Shown here one piece after another: positions 19,744 through 29,247 of a stretch of DNA of 58,970 bases (positions within the stretch are counted from its first letter, which is position 1; each line of letters opens with the position of its first letter). The position numbers and the translations under genes are program-made. Below the pieces are notes generated by a model. It made no database searches and was not told where the DNA came from. It saw only the letters and a list, made by a program, of their open reading frames with translations. This stretch comes from an uncultured Salinivenus sp. (GTDB lineage: Bacteria > Bacteroidota > Rhodothermia > Rhodothermales > Salinibacteraceae): NCBI GenBank assembly GCA_964462965.1, contig CAYXAD010000001.1:1-58970 (forward strand), read 5' to 3'.

Positions 19744-20757
19744 TCACTGATCGCCTCGGAGCACGGCGGCGTCGCGTTCCGGAATCGAGGGATTGATGTG
19801 CATGCCGGTAGCAACCTCAAACCCTGCCTCTACCGTTAATCGGGGGCGAATGCGGAGGCTCCAGTGAAGGTGAGGTGCATCCGATTCGTACTCGAGGGCG
19901 GTGCGCACGAAAAAGTTGTAGTCCGGATCGTCCAGGGAGGCATGCAGCCGGCCGAGGACCTCCCGAAGGATTTGGGCGAGCGCATGCCGCTGCGGCTCGG
20001 CGAGACGGCCAAACTCGGGCCGGTGCTCTCGTGGGAAAATCCACATCTCGTACGGGACGCGAGCGGCATAGGGGACGAAGACCACAAAGTCCTCGTTCGT
20101 CTCGACGAGCCGCGATTCCGTCGCCAGCTCAGTGTCGATCATCGCACAGTAGGGACACCGGTTCAACTCCTCGTACCGGGCCCGGGCCTCAGCTTCCTCG
20201 TGCTCGAGGCGAGGCGGAGGAAAATCGGTGGCAATCAGTTGACTGTGCGGGTGCGGGATCGAGGCGCCGGCACTGGGCCCGTGGTTCCGAAAGATAACGG
20301 GAAGGAGGGACTCGTCCGCTTGTCGATGGACGTGGTATCGCTGGAGGTAGGTGTGCAGGACCGCCTCTACACCTCGCGTCGGCATCTTCGCCAGTCCCTG
20401 GTGGTGGAAGGGGGTATCGACGAGGACTTCCTGTCGCCCGTGGCTCGCCCGAACGCGATACAGGCCGCAGGTTTGCTCTTCCGTCTTCGCGTCTGGGGTG
20501 AAGGCCGGATATTTGTTGGGCACGGCGCGAGTCCACCAGGGCCGTTCTCCGTGGGCGTCCAGTTGCCAGATCACGGACGGTAGCATCTCTTCGTGCCCCG
20601 GACAGAAGGGACAGCCTTCGACCGGTTCGTCCGTCAGGGAGGCGGGGGCCGGCTCGGTCGGTGTTGTCTTGTGCGGACGGGTGCTGCGGACGGGAGAGCA
20701 CGCGACCCACTCCTTGGTGATGCGGTCTTGGCGAGTCTCAAGGGCGTAGTCGGACAT
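19744..20757 (-). CDS. galT: Galactose-1-phosphate uridylyltransferase (GalT family)
   Basis: R.D.ITKEWV, RSTRP, CPFCPG, PNKYP, FRNHG..AGASIPHPHSQ, CPYC. Confidence 0.88.
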   Translation of the reverse strand: MSDYALETRQDRITKEWVACSPVRSTRPHKTTPTEPAPASLTDEPVEGCPFCPGHEEMLPSVIWQLDAHGERPWWTRAVPNKYPAFTPDAKTEEQTCGLYRVRASHGRQEVLVDTPFHHQGLAKMPTRGVEAVLHTYLQRYHVHRQADESLLPVIFRNHGPSAGASIPHPHSQLIATDFPPPRLEHEEAEARARYEELNRCPYCAMIDTELATESRLVETNEDFVVFVPYAARVPYEMWIFPREHRPEFGRLAEPQRHALAQILREVLGRLHASLDDPDYNFFVRTALEYESDAPHLHWSLRIRPRLTVEAGFEVATGMHINPSIPERDAAVLRGDQ

Positions 20758-20998
20758 CTGAAGGGAGAATGTATTGAAGCGCACTCAGGAGAAGGAAAAG
20801 GGGCATCTAGCCAGAGACATTTCAGGCAGCACCACCGCTCCACCGATGAGCCCCCCGAAGGGTTGTACATGAGGTGAGAGAAAGGTATTCTATGCTCTCG
20901 TGGGGAAATGGGTTGTGGGTCGAGGAGGAGACCTGGGTCACATGCCTTTGAGAGGCCGAAGCGTCGTCACGTACCTGCAGAGGGAGACGGTTGGTTTC

Positions 20999-21850
20999 AT
21001 GTCCAAGCTCGAAACAGTCTCTCGCCATTACGATCGTCTCGATCCCTTTTATCGGTCGATATGGGGAGAACACATTCACCACGGGCTCTGGACCGATCCG
21101 GAGGATCCCCCCGAAGAAGCCGTGCGTCACCTCGTTCACCGCGTGGCCGAGGATGCACGGATCGAGGCAGGTACGCGGGTGTGTGACATTGGGTGCGGCT
21201 ACGGGGCACCGGCTCGGATGTGGGCTGAAACGTACGGGGCCAACGTGACGGGTTTTACGATCTCAGAGCATCAGCATGCGCATGCACAACGCCAGTCGGT
21301 GGACGGACCTCGCCCCGACCTTCGGCTACAGGATCTCTTCGAAAATGGCATTGCGGGGGATACGTTCGATGCCGTCGTGGCCATCGAAAGTCTCACACAC
21401 TTCGAGAGGCCCCGGAAGGTACTGAGGGAGGCAGTACGTCTCCTGCGGCCCGGCGGTCGGCTCGTGGTTTGTGCCTGGATGGCAGCGCAGGACTCGTCCC
21501 CATGGGCGCAGCGGCATCTGCTCGATCCCATTTGCAGGGAGGGCCGCTTGTCTGAACTGCCCACTGCGTCGGCGCTCCACCGCTGGACCACCGACGCCGG
21601 GCTGAAGGTCCGTCACCTGGACGACGTGACGCATCAAGTTCGACGGACCTGGGCCGTCGTACTGCGTCGATTTGTGAAGGCTCTTTTCACCGACCCGTCC
21701 GTGCTTCGGATGTTGTTGGACGCCACCGAGCCGGATCGCATCTTCGCCCGGACCATTCTGCGCATCTGGTTGGCCCAGCACCTCGGCGTTCTGCGCTATG
21801 GATGGCTCGTGGCCGAAGCCGGAGGGACCGAAGGCTCTTCGGACGGGTGA
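20999..21850 (+). CDS. Class I SAM-dependent methyltransferase (tocopherol/sterol-MT-like)
   Basis: HYD...YRSIWGEHIHHGLW, motif I DIGCGYG, LLRPGGRL. Confidence 0.85.
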   Translation: MSKLETVSRHYDRLDPFYRSIWGEHIHHGLWTDPEDPPEEAVRHLVHRVAEDARIEAGTRVCDIGCGYGAPARMWAETYGANVTGFTISEHQHAHAQRQSVDGPRPDLRLQDLFENGIAGDTFDAVVAIESLTHFERPRKVLREAVRLLRPGGRLVVCAWMAAQDSSPWAQRHLLDPICREGRLSELPTASALHRWTTDAGLKVRHLDDVTHQVRRTWAVVLRRFVKALFTDPSVLRMLLDATEPDRIFARTILRIWLAQHLGVLRYGWLVAEAGGTEGSSDG

Positions 21851-21885
21851 ATGGCTCCAGGTGGGGGCTGGCCTTTTTGGAACCC

Positions 21886-22719
21886 CTATCTGAGCGCCTC
21901 TTCGAGCGCCGTGGCGGCGTCCGTTTTGGCGTCTCTGTATTTGACGATTACGGGCGCGTAGAGCGACAGCCCCTGTTCGCGTCCAAACTCGGAGTCGACC
22001 GGCCTGGAGCCGGGGACGACGACGGCCCCTGCCGGGACCTCCAGCGATTCTTCCTCCGAGGCCGTATAGACGGTCTCTTCCACCAGGTCGTACAGCTGGG
22101 TGGAGGACGTCAGGGTGACCCCTGCGCCCAGGACGGCCCCTTCTCGGACGATGCAACCTTCGTAGATGCCCGCTCCTCCCCCCACAAAGACGTCGTCTTC
22201 CACGATCACGGGGGTGGCGTGCACCGGCTCCAGCACGCCTCCCACCTGTGCCGAGGCAGAGAGATGCACCCGCTTCCCGATTTGGGCACAGCTGCCGACC
22301 AGGGCATGGGAGTCGATCATCGCCTCGTCGTCGACGTAGGCCCCCACGTTTACGTACATCGGCGGCATGCAGACCACGCCCGGGGCCACGTAGGATCCCG
22401 TACGAATCGACGAACCGCCCGGCACGAGCCGCACGTTGTCGGCCTTGCGGAGGGGCTTTACCGGAAAGGTGTTTTTGTCGTAGTAGGGAAATCGGTCGCT
22501 GGAATAGTCGACCATGCGACCGATGCGAAATCCGAGCAGGATGCCTTGTTTTACCCACGCATTCGTTTCCCAGGTGCCGTCGTCGGTTGGGGTTGCGGCG
22601 CGGATCTGGCCGGCATTGAGGGCTTGGATTAGGTCGGCGACGGCATTGCCCGCAGCCCCGCGGTCCACGGCATCTCCTTGGTCCGCAAGGTCTTCGATGC
22701 GTTGTCGGAGGTCGGTCAT
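21886..22719 (-). CDS. dapD: 2,3,4,5-tetrahydropyridine-2,6-dicarboxylate N-succinyltransferase
   Basis: NAWVKQGILLGF, YYDK, YVNVGAYVD, VGSCAQIG, GGVLEP hexapeptide repeats. Confidence 0.95.
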   Translation of the reverse strand: MTDLRQRIEDLADQGDAVDRGAAGNAVADLIQALNAGQIRAATPTDDGTWETNAWVKQGILLGFRIGRMVDYSSDRFPYYDKNTFPVKPLRKADNVRLVPGGSSIRTGSYVAPGVVCMPPMYVNVGAYVDDEAMIDSHALVGSCAQIGKRVHLSASAQVGGVLEPVHATPVIVEDDVFVGGGAGIYEGCIVREGAVLGAGVTLTSSTQLYDLVEETVYTASEEESLEVPAGAVVVPGSRPVDSEFGREQGLSLYAPVIVKYRDAKTDAATALEEALR

Positions 22720-22989
22720 TCGAAGACGAAGACAATTGAGTAAGACGGCTGGCGAAAGAGCTCGGTCGTGTCACGAGCTCTCGACACACCCTTGAAGCTC
22801 TGGACCGGGGGAGACATTGTAAACCCCCAAACCGTAAAGTCCTGATTCACTCGTGCTCGGTTCCGCCGGTCGACGTCCGGGAAAAATGAAACGAAACCGG
22901 GAAGCGATGAGCGGTGTCCCTTGCGACCCGGAGAGGTACCTGCTATTCTGTTGGGCTCCACTCCCTATCAACGATTCTTCGGTGGTTTT

Positions 22990-23148
22990 ATGAGACGTCT
23001 ATTCCTGTTCGGTGCCCTGCTCCTCTGCGTCGGGATGTCTTCCTGCCAATGTGCCGATCCGCCTGACGTCGGACCGGTCGAAGGGGACGACGAGAGCGCT
23101 GCGCTTCCGACTCAGGTTGAGGACGACGCCTCTCCAATTCGTTTATAG
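22990..23148 (+). CDS. Small (52 aa) predicted lipoprotein
   Basis: MRRLFLFGALLLCVGMSSC signal with lipobox-like Cys, then an acidic Pro-rich tail. Confidence 0.6.
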   Translation: MRRLFLFGALLLCVGMSSCQCADPPDVGPVEGDDESAALPTQVEDDASPIRL

Positions 23149-23247
23149 ACCTCTTTCGCTCCAGACCCTGAGCTCGGGGTGGATCTTCCAGGCACATATA
23201 CCATACACATGTGTGTCTTGCTGGGAGCATGATCGTGTCTCATTGCT

Positions 23248-25236
23248 ATGCCCATTCCGGACGAAAAGATAGAGGAAATCCGCACGGCGGCTGATCTCGT
23301 CGAAGTGGCGGGCGACTACGTCCAGTTGAAGCGGAGTGGGTCGCGTTACAAAGGACTCTGCCCGTTTCACAGCGAAAACACCCCTTCCTTTAGCATCGAT
23401 CCGGACAAAAACCTGTACTATTGCTTCGGGTGTGGCAACGGCGGTGACGTCTTCAAATTCGTTCAGGAGATCGAGGGGGTCGGATTTTTGGAAGGGGCTC
23501 GAATCCTGGCAGAGCGCTACGGCATTCCGCTGCCCGAGGAGGAGGCGGATCCGGAGGCTGCCAATGAGCGGGAGGCCATTCTCCATGCCCTTCGCTTTGC
23601 GGCACGGTTCTTCTACGATCAGCTCACCCAGACCGATCGGGGGCAGCCTGCCCTCACGTATCTTCGTGAGCGAGGGTACACCCCCAAGACGATTAAACGA
23701 TTTGGTCTCGGCTACGCCCCGGACGAGTGGGACGCGCTCCTCTCTGCGGGGGAGGACGAGCAGATCGACCCGGAGACGCTCGAAAAGGCCGGGCTCATCA
23801 TCGAGCGAAACGACGGGAGCGGTTATTACGACCGGTACCGAGGGCGCATCATTTTTCCGATCTTTTCCCACATTGGGAAGGTGTTGGCGTTTGCCGGGCG
23901 AATCCTCGATCCCGATGACAGTCGAGATCAGCCGAAGTACATCAACTCGCCCGAGACGGAGGTCTACCACAAGGGGGAGGTTCTATACGGGCTCCATCAG
24001 GCCAAACGAGCCATTCGCCAGACCGATGAGGTGCTTCTCGTCGAGGGCTACACGGACGTGCTGAGTCTCTATCAGGCCGGTGTACGGAACGTCGTTGCGT
24101 CCAGTGGGACCGCGCTGACTGAGGATCAGGTGTCGGTCCTCGATCGATATGCCAACCGAGTCCTTCTCTTGTACGACGCCGACGAGGCCGGAGCGCGGGC
24201 GGCCATGCGAGGAATGGATCGGGTTCTGGAGAGTGGAATGGGCGCCTATGCGGTTGAGCTCCCGGAGGGGAATGACCCCGATGACTTCGTCCAGGAGAAG
24301 GGAGGGGAGGTCTTTACGGAGTACGTGGACGAGCATCGGCTGGATCTTCCTGCCTTCGCCTATCAGCGGGCGCGGCGATCGGGGCAGCTCGAGACGCCGG
24401 AGGATCGCGTCGACGTACAGCGAGACATCATCGAGTCGGTAGCCCGGATCCCCGACCCGAATCTGCGGCGCGAGTACGTGATTCGGACGAGTGAGGTGGC
24501 CAGTGTCCCTGACACGGATCTCTTCCGCATGCTGGAGGAGGAGCGCGAACGGCTGGAACGGCAGGCGGAACGTCGCCGCAAGCGGGAACAGCGCCAAGAG
24601 GCACGCCCGTCCCACGCCGAACGAAGCCAACCGTCTAGTGAAACCGTCTCGGCAGAGGGGGCTCCCCCCCCGTCCCCGCCGCCTCCCTCTGACTCAGAGC
24701 GGCGTGCTCCTGCGCAGTCCGTTTTCCAGCCCCTCCCCGAGGAGAAGTTGTTGCTGCGGCTGATGCTGGAGCATGGAGCTCGCATGGTCGAGTTCGTGCT
24801 CAGCAACATGGCCCTGGAGGAGTTTACCGACGGCCCGCCCCGCAACCTGGCGGACACGCTCGTCGACATGTATCAGAGCGACTCCGTTCGTCCACAGCAG
24901 ATTCTAGAGGGGGAGCACGGAGACACGCTCCAGACCCTCGCTGCCGGCGTGATGATGGACGAGTACGAGGCCTCGGAAAACTGGGCGCAGAAGGAGGACA
25001 TTGCCGTGCCTCGCCCCAATGATCGGCCGTATGAGGCCGCCGAGAGTGCGATGAAGCTCCTGAAGCTGGATCGGGTCAATGAGGCCATTGACGACATTCG
25101 TGAACACATGTATGCGGCCACCCAGGACGGCAATGACGAGCAGGTCCAGCGTCTTCAGCAGAAAATGATGTCGCTTCAGGAGCTCCGCAAACACATTCAG
25201 CAGGGCGCCTTCCTGGAAGAGCCCGAAATGCGATAG
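23248..25236 (+). CDS. dnaG: DNA primase
   Basis: CPFH.ENTPSF...CFGC Zn ribbon, PKYINSPET, VEGYTD, YDADEAG, DPDD. Confidence 0.98.
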   Translation: MPIPDEKIEEIRTAADLVEVAGDYVQLKRSGSRYKGLCPFHSENTPSFSIDPDKNLYYCFGCGNGGDVFKFVQEIEGVGFLEGARILAERYGIPLPEEEADPEAANEREAILHALRFAARFFYDQLTQTDRGQPALTYLRERGYTPKTIKRFGLGYAPDEWDALLSAGEDEQIDPETLEKAGLIIERNDGSGYYDRYRGRIIFPIFSHIGKVLAFAGRILDPDDSRDQPKYINSPETEVYHKGEVLYGLHQAKRAIRQTDEVLLVEGYTDVLSLYQAGVRNVVASSGTALTEDQVSVLDRYANRVLLLYDADEAGARAAMRGMDRVLESGMGAYAVELPEGNDPDDFVQEKGGEVFTEYVDEHRLDLPAFAYQRARRSGQLETPEDRVDVQRDIIESVARIPDPNLRREYVIRTSEVASVPDTDLFRMLEEERERLERQAERRRKREQRQEARPSHAERSQPSSETVSAEGAPPPSPPPPSDSERRAPAQSVFQPLPEEKLLLRLMLEHGARMVEFVLSNMALEEFTDGPPRNLADTLVDMYQSDSVRPQQILEGEHGDTLQTLAAGVMMDEYEASENWAQKEDIAVPRPNDRPYEAAESAMKLLKLDRVNEAIDDIREHMYAATQDGNDEQVQRLQQKMMSLQELRKHIQQGAFLEEPEMR

Positions 25237-25373
25237 GGAGCTCTTTCGTCTGCCGCTGGGGCTGGAGAATCTCTGTACGGAGTGGGAAGTTCGAGCCAGA
25301 CGGCGTTCCCCAATTGGGAGCACGAGGCCAAGAGGTTCTTCGCTGACTATAGAGTACACAGAGTCCACGACCG

Positions 25374-25931
25374 ATGTCGAACGCTACCATCGACCGCGAC
25401 GTCGCCGCTGCGTACCGCGAGCATCTGGCCGGTTTGTCCCTTGGAGACACGGGGCAGGTCGACGTGCTCGTGGAGACCCCTGAGCCCCATGAGCACGTGG
25501 AGCGGTCGTCGGTGCGGTTGATTCCGGGGCGAGGATGTGCCGGGGACCACGACCGCAAATCGTTCTACAAGGGACGCTACGTGCCGGGGCGAGAGGTGAG
25601 TGCCATGGCGCGCGAGGTGATCGACGTGCTCGACATCGATCCCGTCGTGGTCGGGGATAACCTGATTACGAAAGGCTTTGATCTCGCCGCGCTGGCCCCC
25701 GGCGATCGGATTCAAATTGGGGGCGAGGCCATCTTAGAGCGAAGCCGCCGGGAGCATCGACCCTGTACGGTCTTTCGAGATCGCACCTCCCCCGAGGCGT
25801 TTGCGGCCGTCAGCGACGATCGGCACCGCGGAGCTCTCTTCGTCGTGCGCCGGGCAGGCGTCATTCGTGTCGGAGATCCGATTCGGGTGCTGTCCGAGGC
25901 GCCCTCCGGGGGCGAAGAGAACCCCGACTAA
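25374..25931 (+). CDS. MOSC-domain protein
   Basis: REVS, GDNLITKG, L.PGDRIQIG, RPC, RG..F.V...GVIRVGD.I.V. Confidence 0.8.
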   Translation: MSNATIDRDVAAAYREHLAGLSLGDTGQVDVLVETPEPHEHVERSSVRLIPGRGCAGDHDRKSFYKGRYVPGREVSAMAREVIDVLDIDPVVVGDNLITKGFDLAALAPGDRIQIGGEAILERSRREHRPCTVFRDRTSPEAFAAVSDDRHRGALFVVRRAGVIRVGDPIRVLSEAPSGGEENPD

Positions 25932-27796
25932 TCGAACGAGGGCACCTGGAAGTCTCTCGGGTCGATCCTGTCAAACGAGAGAGAGTCCAGCGGCTGGATT
26001 CGCATCGGCAGACGCCCCGTGGCGAGCATCGTCGCATCGGACAGCTCGTCCCATGGATTCGAAAGCCAGATGCGGCGGTGGGTATCGATGATGTCGAGCT
26101 GGATCCGTCGGAACCGGGATGGGGACTGCTCGGCGAGCTCTTCAAACTTCTCGTGCAGCTCTAGCAGGCGCTCTCGGTTCGTGGGGGTAAACCCAAAGTC
26201 TTTGATGTCGTCGACGAGGCGCTCGTACTGCCGATCCCAGTACGTAATTTGCTCCTCACTGGGGGGAGTAAAGGTCGAGTCATCGAACCGGAACGTTGCT
26301 TCCGGGTCGAGGACCTCGAGGCCTGCGTCCTCTAGGGCTGAGGGGGCCTCCAGGGGGAGAAAAAAGCGAACCATCTTTCCGTCAATGGACGAGACGAGAT
26401 GCACGTCACCGGTGGCGGGCATCTCTCCATCGGGACCGTCCGGAAGGTCGAAGTGGGGGTTGAGGGCTTTAAACCGGTCGTAGGTCGAGGATTCGTCGTT
26501 CGCCGGCCCCCAGTCGAAGGACACCTCCGTCGAGTCGAGCACCTGGAGAATCTCGCCCAGGGTGGTGCTCGTGCCCGGTTTCAGCTGAACGCGGGCTGCA
26601 TGGAGCGTTTCGGACGGATCGACCGGATGATCGTCCGTGGCCACGAGGGCGCCGTACGCCGACGGGACGTATCCCCGAGAATAAGACCCGAAGCTCGATC
26701 CATCACTCACCGTTTCGTACCCCTCAGTAAGCGCCCATGCAAAGGCATCGACGACCGTAGAGGACGCCGAGAAGTGCTGCGATTTCGAGTAGAACTGGCG
26801 GTACAGCTTATAAATGTTGCCGGGTCCCGTATGATAGGCTGAAAGCCCCGGTATCTCGTGGCCCACGGCATTTACGTAGCCTCGTAGCAGTTTATAGGCC
26901 GGTTCGAGGGTTAGCAGCGGATGAAGTTCTTCTTGGACGTGGACGCTGGTTCCTCCCTCTGTATAAAGGCGATACTCGTTCACCCCGCTCCGGCGAAGGA
27001 TCCAGGGCATCATCTGATATCGGCTCCGCGCGCCGACCGGAGAGACGAGGTCGTCTCGGTTAAACGTCTCGACGGTGGCAATCTCGGTGGGGAGCAGGCT
27101 GAGATCGAGGTACCTGGCCAGCTTGATCTCGTAGGCGCGATACGGACGGTCGCGCTCGTGGGCCTTTTCAATCTGGTTGGCCCGTCCCCACCGCACGATG
27201 ATGTCTTCTCGGGGAACGCCTTGATCGTCGTACTTATCGACGAGCCGGCGCGTCGCTCGTCGGCGGCGGCGGTCTACCTCCTCCCATTCAATGGATTCTC
27301 CCCGCTCGTACGAGGACCGAAGAGAGGTTAGCTCGTAGACCTCGAGCGTCTCATTTGAGCGACCGTCGATGACCCGGACGGTAAAGTTGTCGTCTTCACC
27401 TTGGCGCTGTACGTACTGGTTGAGGAGGTCGTGAAACTGTCGAAGGATCGGGTCGTCGGCAGTTGTCGAGAGGGGCCCCGCCGGATTCATGTAGGGGGCC
27501 AGCTTGGTAGAAGGATGCGAAGGGAGATCGCGAAGCGTGGCTTGGTGCAGGGAGGGGAGGGTCTCCTGGCTCGTCGTGTCGGCCGTGCCTCCCGCGAGGA
27601 CCGTTTCGGTAATCCAGCTAAATCGGGGGATGACTTCCTGGCCGAATGAATCCACCCGTACGGTGGTGGCCACGAGAATGAGGAGCCCAACTCCACAGAG
27701 CATGACGGTGGAGAGCCGTCGAATCATGGATGTGGCGTCGGAAGGGCCCGACCCGGAGGCCTTGTGGGACATATCGGAAGAAGAAAAAGGGTTCAT
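25928..27796 (-). CDS. Exported protein with a divergent lytic-transglycosylase (SLT/MltD-like) domain
   Basis: N-terminal TM/signal. IATVETF...SPVGARSRYQMMP and LSAYHTGPGN match SLT motifs I-III. Start uncertain (27796, 27772 or 27727). Confidence 0.65.
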   Translation of the reverse strand: MNPFSSSDMSHKASGSGPSDATSMIRRLSTVMLCGVGLLILVATTVRVDSFGQEVIPRFSWITETVLAGGTADTTSQETLPSLHQATLRDLPSHPSTKLAPYMNPAGPLSTTADDPILRQFHDLLNQYVQRQGEDDNFTVRVIDGRSNETLEVYELTSLRSSYERGESIEWEEVDRRRRRATRRLVDKYDDQGVPREDIIVRWGRANQIEKAHERDRPYRAYEIKLARYLDLSLLPTEIATVETFNRDDLVSPVGARSRYQMMPWILRRSGVNEYRLYTEGGTSVHVQEELHPLLTLEPAYKLLRGYVNAVGHEIPGLSAYHTGPGNIYKLYRQFYSKSQHFSASSTVVDAFAWALTEGYETVSDGSSFGSYSRGYVPSAYGALVATDDHPVDPSETLHAARVQLKPGTSTTLGEILQVLDSTEVSFDWGPANDESSTYDRFKALNPHFDLPDGPDGEMPATGDVHLVSSIDGKMVRFFLPLEAPSALEDAGLEVLDPEATFRFDDSTFTPPSEEQITYWDRQYERLVDDIKDFGFTPTNRERLLELHEKFEELAEQSPSRFRRIQLDIIDTHRRIWLSNPWDELSDATMLATGRLPMRIQPLDSLSFDRIDPRDFQVPSFD

Positions 27797-27844
27797 GCAA
27801 CTCCAACCGGTGAGGCAAGGATGGATTCGCCTGCGCCGAGACTG

Positions 27845-28537
27845 TTAGGAGGCAGGCGTCGCTGGGGTCGCCTGTTCGATGAGGGTGCGAAAGAGGGGCC
27901 GCATGGGGGTGCCCATTCGTTCGGGATGAAACTGTACACCAAAAATCCTTCCGTTTTCGTGTTCGATGGCTTCGATGACGCCATCTGGGGCCGTCGCCGC
28001 AACCTCGAATCCATCGCCGAGTGTTTTGATGGCCTGAAGGTGGCGCGTGTTTACCGTTAGGGTGTCTGTTTGGAGGAGACTCCGGAGGCGAGAGTGTTCG
28101 GCAAGGTGGATAGGATGAGTGGTCCCTCCCCGTTTTTGGCTGTGAGTTTGTGCCCGCTCATGCTGCTCCTCTACGTCTCCGTAGATTGTGCCTCCGGCGA
28201 GTGCATTGAGACGCTGCATGCCATAACAGATTCCGAGGATTGGAAGGCCGTCGGCCCAGCTCCGGTCGATCCACTGCCGGTCAGAAGACGCCCGTAACGG
28301 ATCGAGGCCGTCGAGATCGTCGGGCAGGGAGCCCACGAGGCCCTCCGTGACGGCAGGGCCTCCAATCACGACCAGCCCGTCAATCGTCTCAGAGAGCCTC
28401 TGCAGGGTCTTCTTTGAGTCCGTCACGGGGAGTGGAACGGGAATGCCTCCAGCCTGCTCGACGGCTGTAACGTAGCGACGGTCGAGCGACTGGGTCCCGT
28501 CCTCGTAGGAAGTCGTGATACCAATGTACGTACTCAT
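27845..28537 (-). CDS. Peptidase C26 / gamma-glutamyl-gamma-aminobutyrate hydrolase family
   Basis: IGIT, Y..AV.QAGGIPV.LP, PILGICYGMQ, GVQFHPE (Cys-His-Glu triad). Confidence 0.9.
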   Translation of the reverse strand: MSTYIGITTSYEDGTQSLDRRYVTAVEQAGGIPVPLPVTDSKKTLQRLSETIDGLVVIGGPAVTEGLVGSLPDDLDGLDPLRASSDRQWIDRSWADGLPILGICYGMQRLNALAGGTIYGDVEEQHERAQTHSQKRGGTTHPIHLAEHSRLRSLLQTDTLTVNTRHLQAIKTLGDGFEVAATAPDGVIEAIEHENGRIFGVQFHPERMGTPMRPLFRTLIEQATPATPAS

Positions 28538-28699
28538 CGAAGCAAAGAACACGCAGCGGGCGGAGAAACGTCGAGAACACCGACCCAGCTACCCCAGAGA
28601 ATATCATTCTGAGGGACCTGAGTATTACCAGTGGCGGTGTGCGGGTACTGTGCTTTTGGCCTTCGTTTGGGTAAGCGTCTGGAGCATACGCCCGTCCAG

Positions 28700-29032
28700 C
28701 TATGGCCACACGTCTCGGAGGCGGATGGGGGTCTGATCGGTGGTCGCCGTGAGGTCGAGCACGAGGGTCAGGCTATCGCGGGAGCGATGCACATCCGTGG
28801 TGTGGGCCCCGAGGTCTCCTTGGTCGAGAAGGTCATGAAGGGCCTCTTTGATGGTGCGCGAGGGACCACTTCCTGTTGTCGAAGACCCGTGGATCAGCGT
28901 TAGACGGGACCGTCCGCGTTCTTCTGCTAGGCGAAGGGTTCGATACGTCAGATCAATGGCTTCATCGACCGTCGCACCGTGAAGGTCGAGGGTAACCACC
29001 TGGCCGTCGTCTTCTAGATCCGGAGTGCCCAT
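28700..29032 (-). CDS. Stand-alone Smr (small MutS-related) domain protein
   Basis: TLDLHGATVDEA...LTLIHGS. Confidence 0.8.
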   Translation of the reverse strand: MGTPDLEDDGQVVTLDLHGATVDEAIDLTYRTLRLAEERGRSRLTLIHGSSTTGSGPSRTIKEALHDLLDQGDLGAHTTDVHRSRDSLTLVLDLTATTDQTPIRLRDVWP

Positions 29033-29247
29033 CGCAGGTACAGTATTTTCCGATTGTCCCACCCTCCCGTACGCAAAGGGAGAAAAGAGGGTCCTATGGA
29101 TCGTGGTCTGATGGAGAACTCGTTCTCCTCATTTTAGCCGTCAGGCTAACTGGCTCGACCGGAAAGAGTTCGTCCCGGGAGGCGCACGTGGAGAGCTGCG
29201 ATTCCCGTTGAAGGAGGGCGGGAAGAAGATAGGCGTGATCGAGTCCG

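Noticed and set aside
21326-22789. 487-aa minus-strand ORF overlapping dapD
   Set aside because: Arg/Gly-rich alternative frame; DapD in the other frame is the real gene.
24540-24720. Low-complexity R/E/P/S stretch in dnaG
   Set aside because: In-frame flexible linker before the helicase-binding domain, not an insertion element or intein.
29105-29160. GATGGAG...TTAGCC-GTCA-GGCTAA hairpins, faintly like a fluoride riboswitch
   Set aside because: P1/pseudoknot pairing is missing and there is no downstream plus-strand gene.
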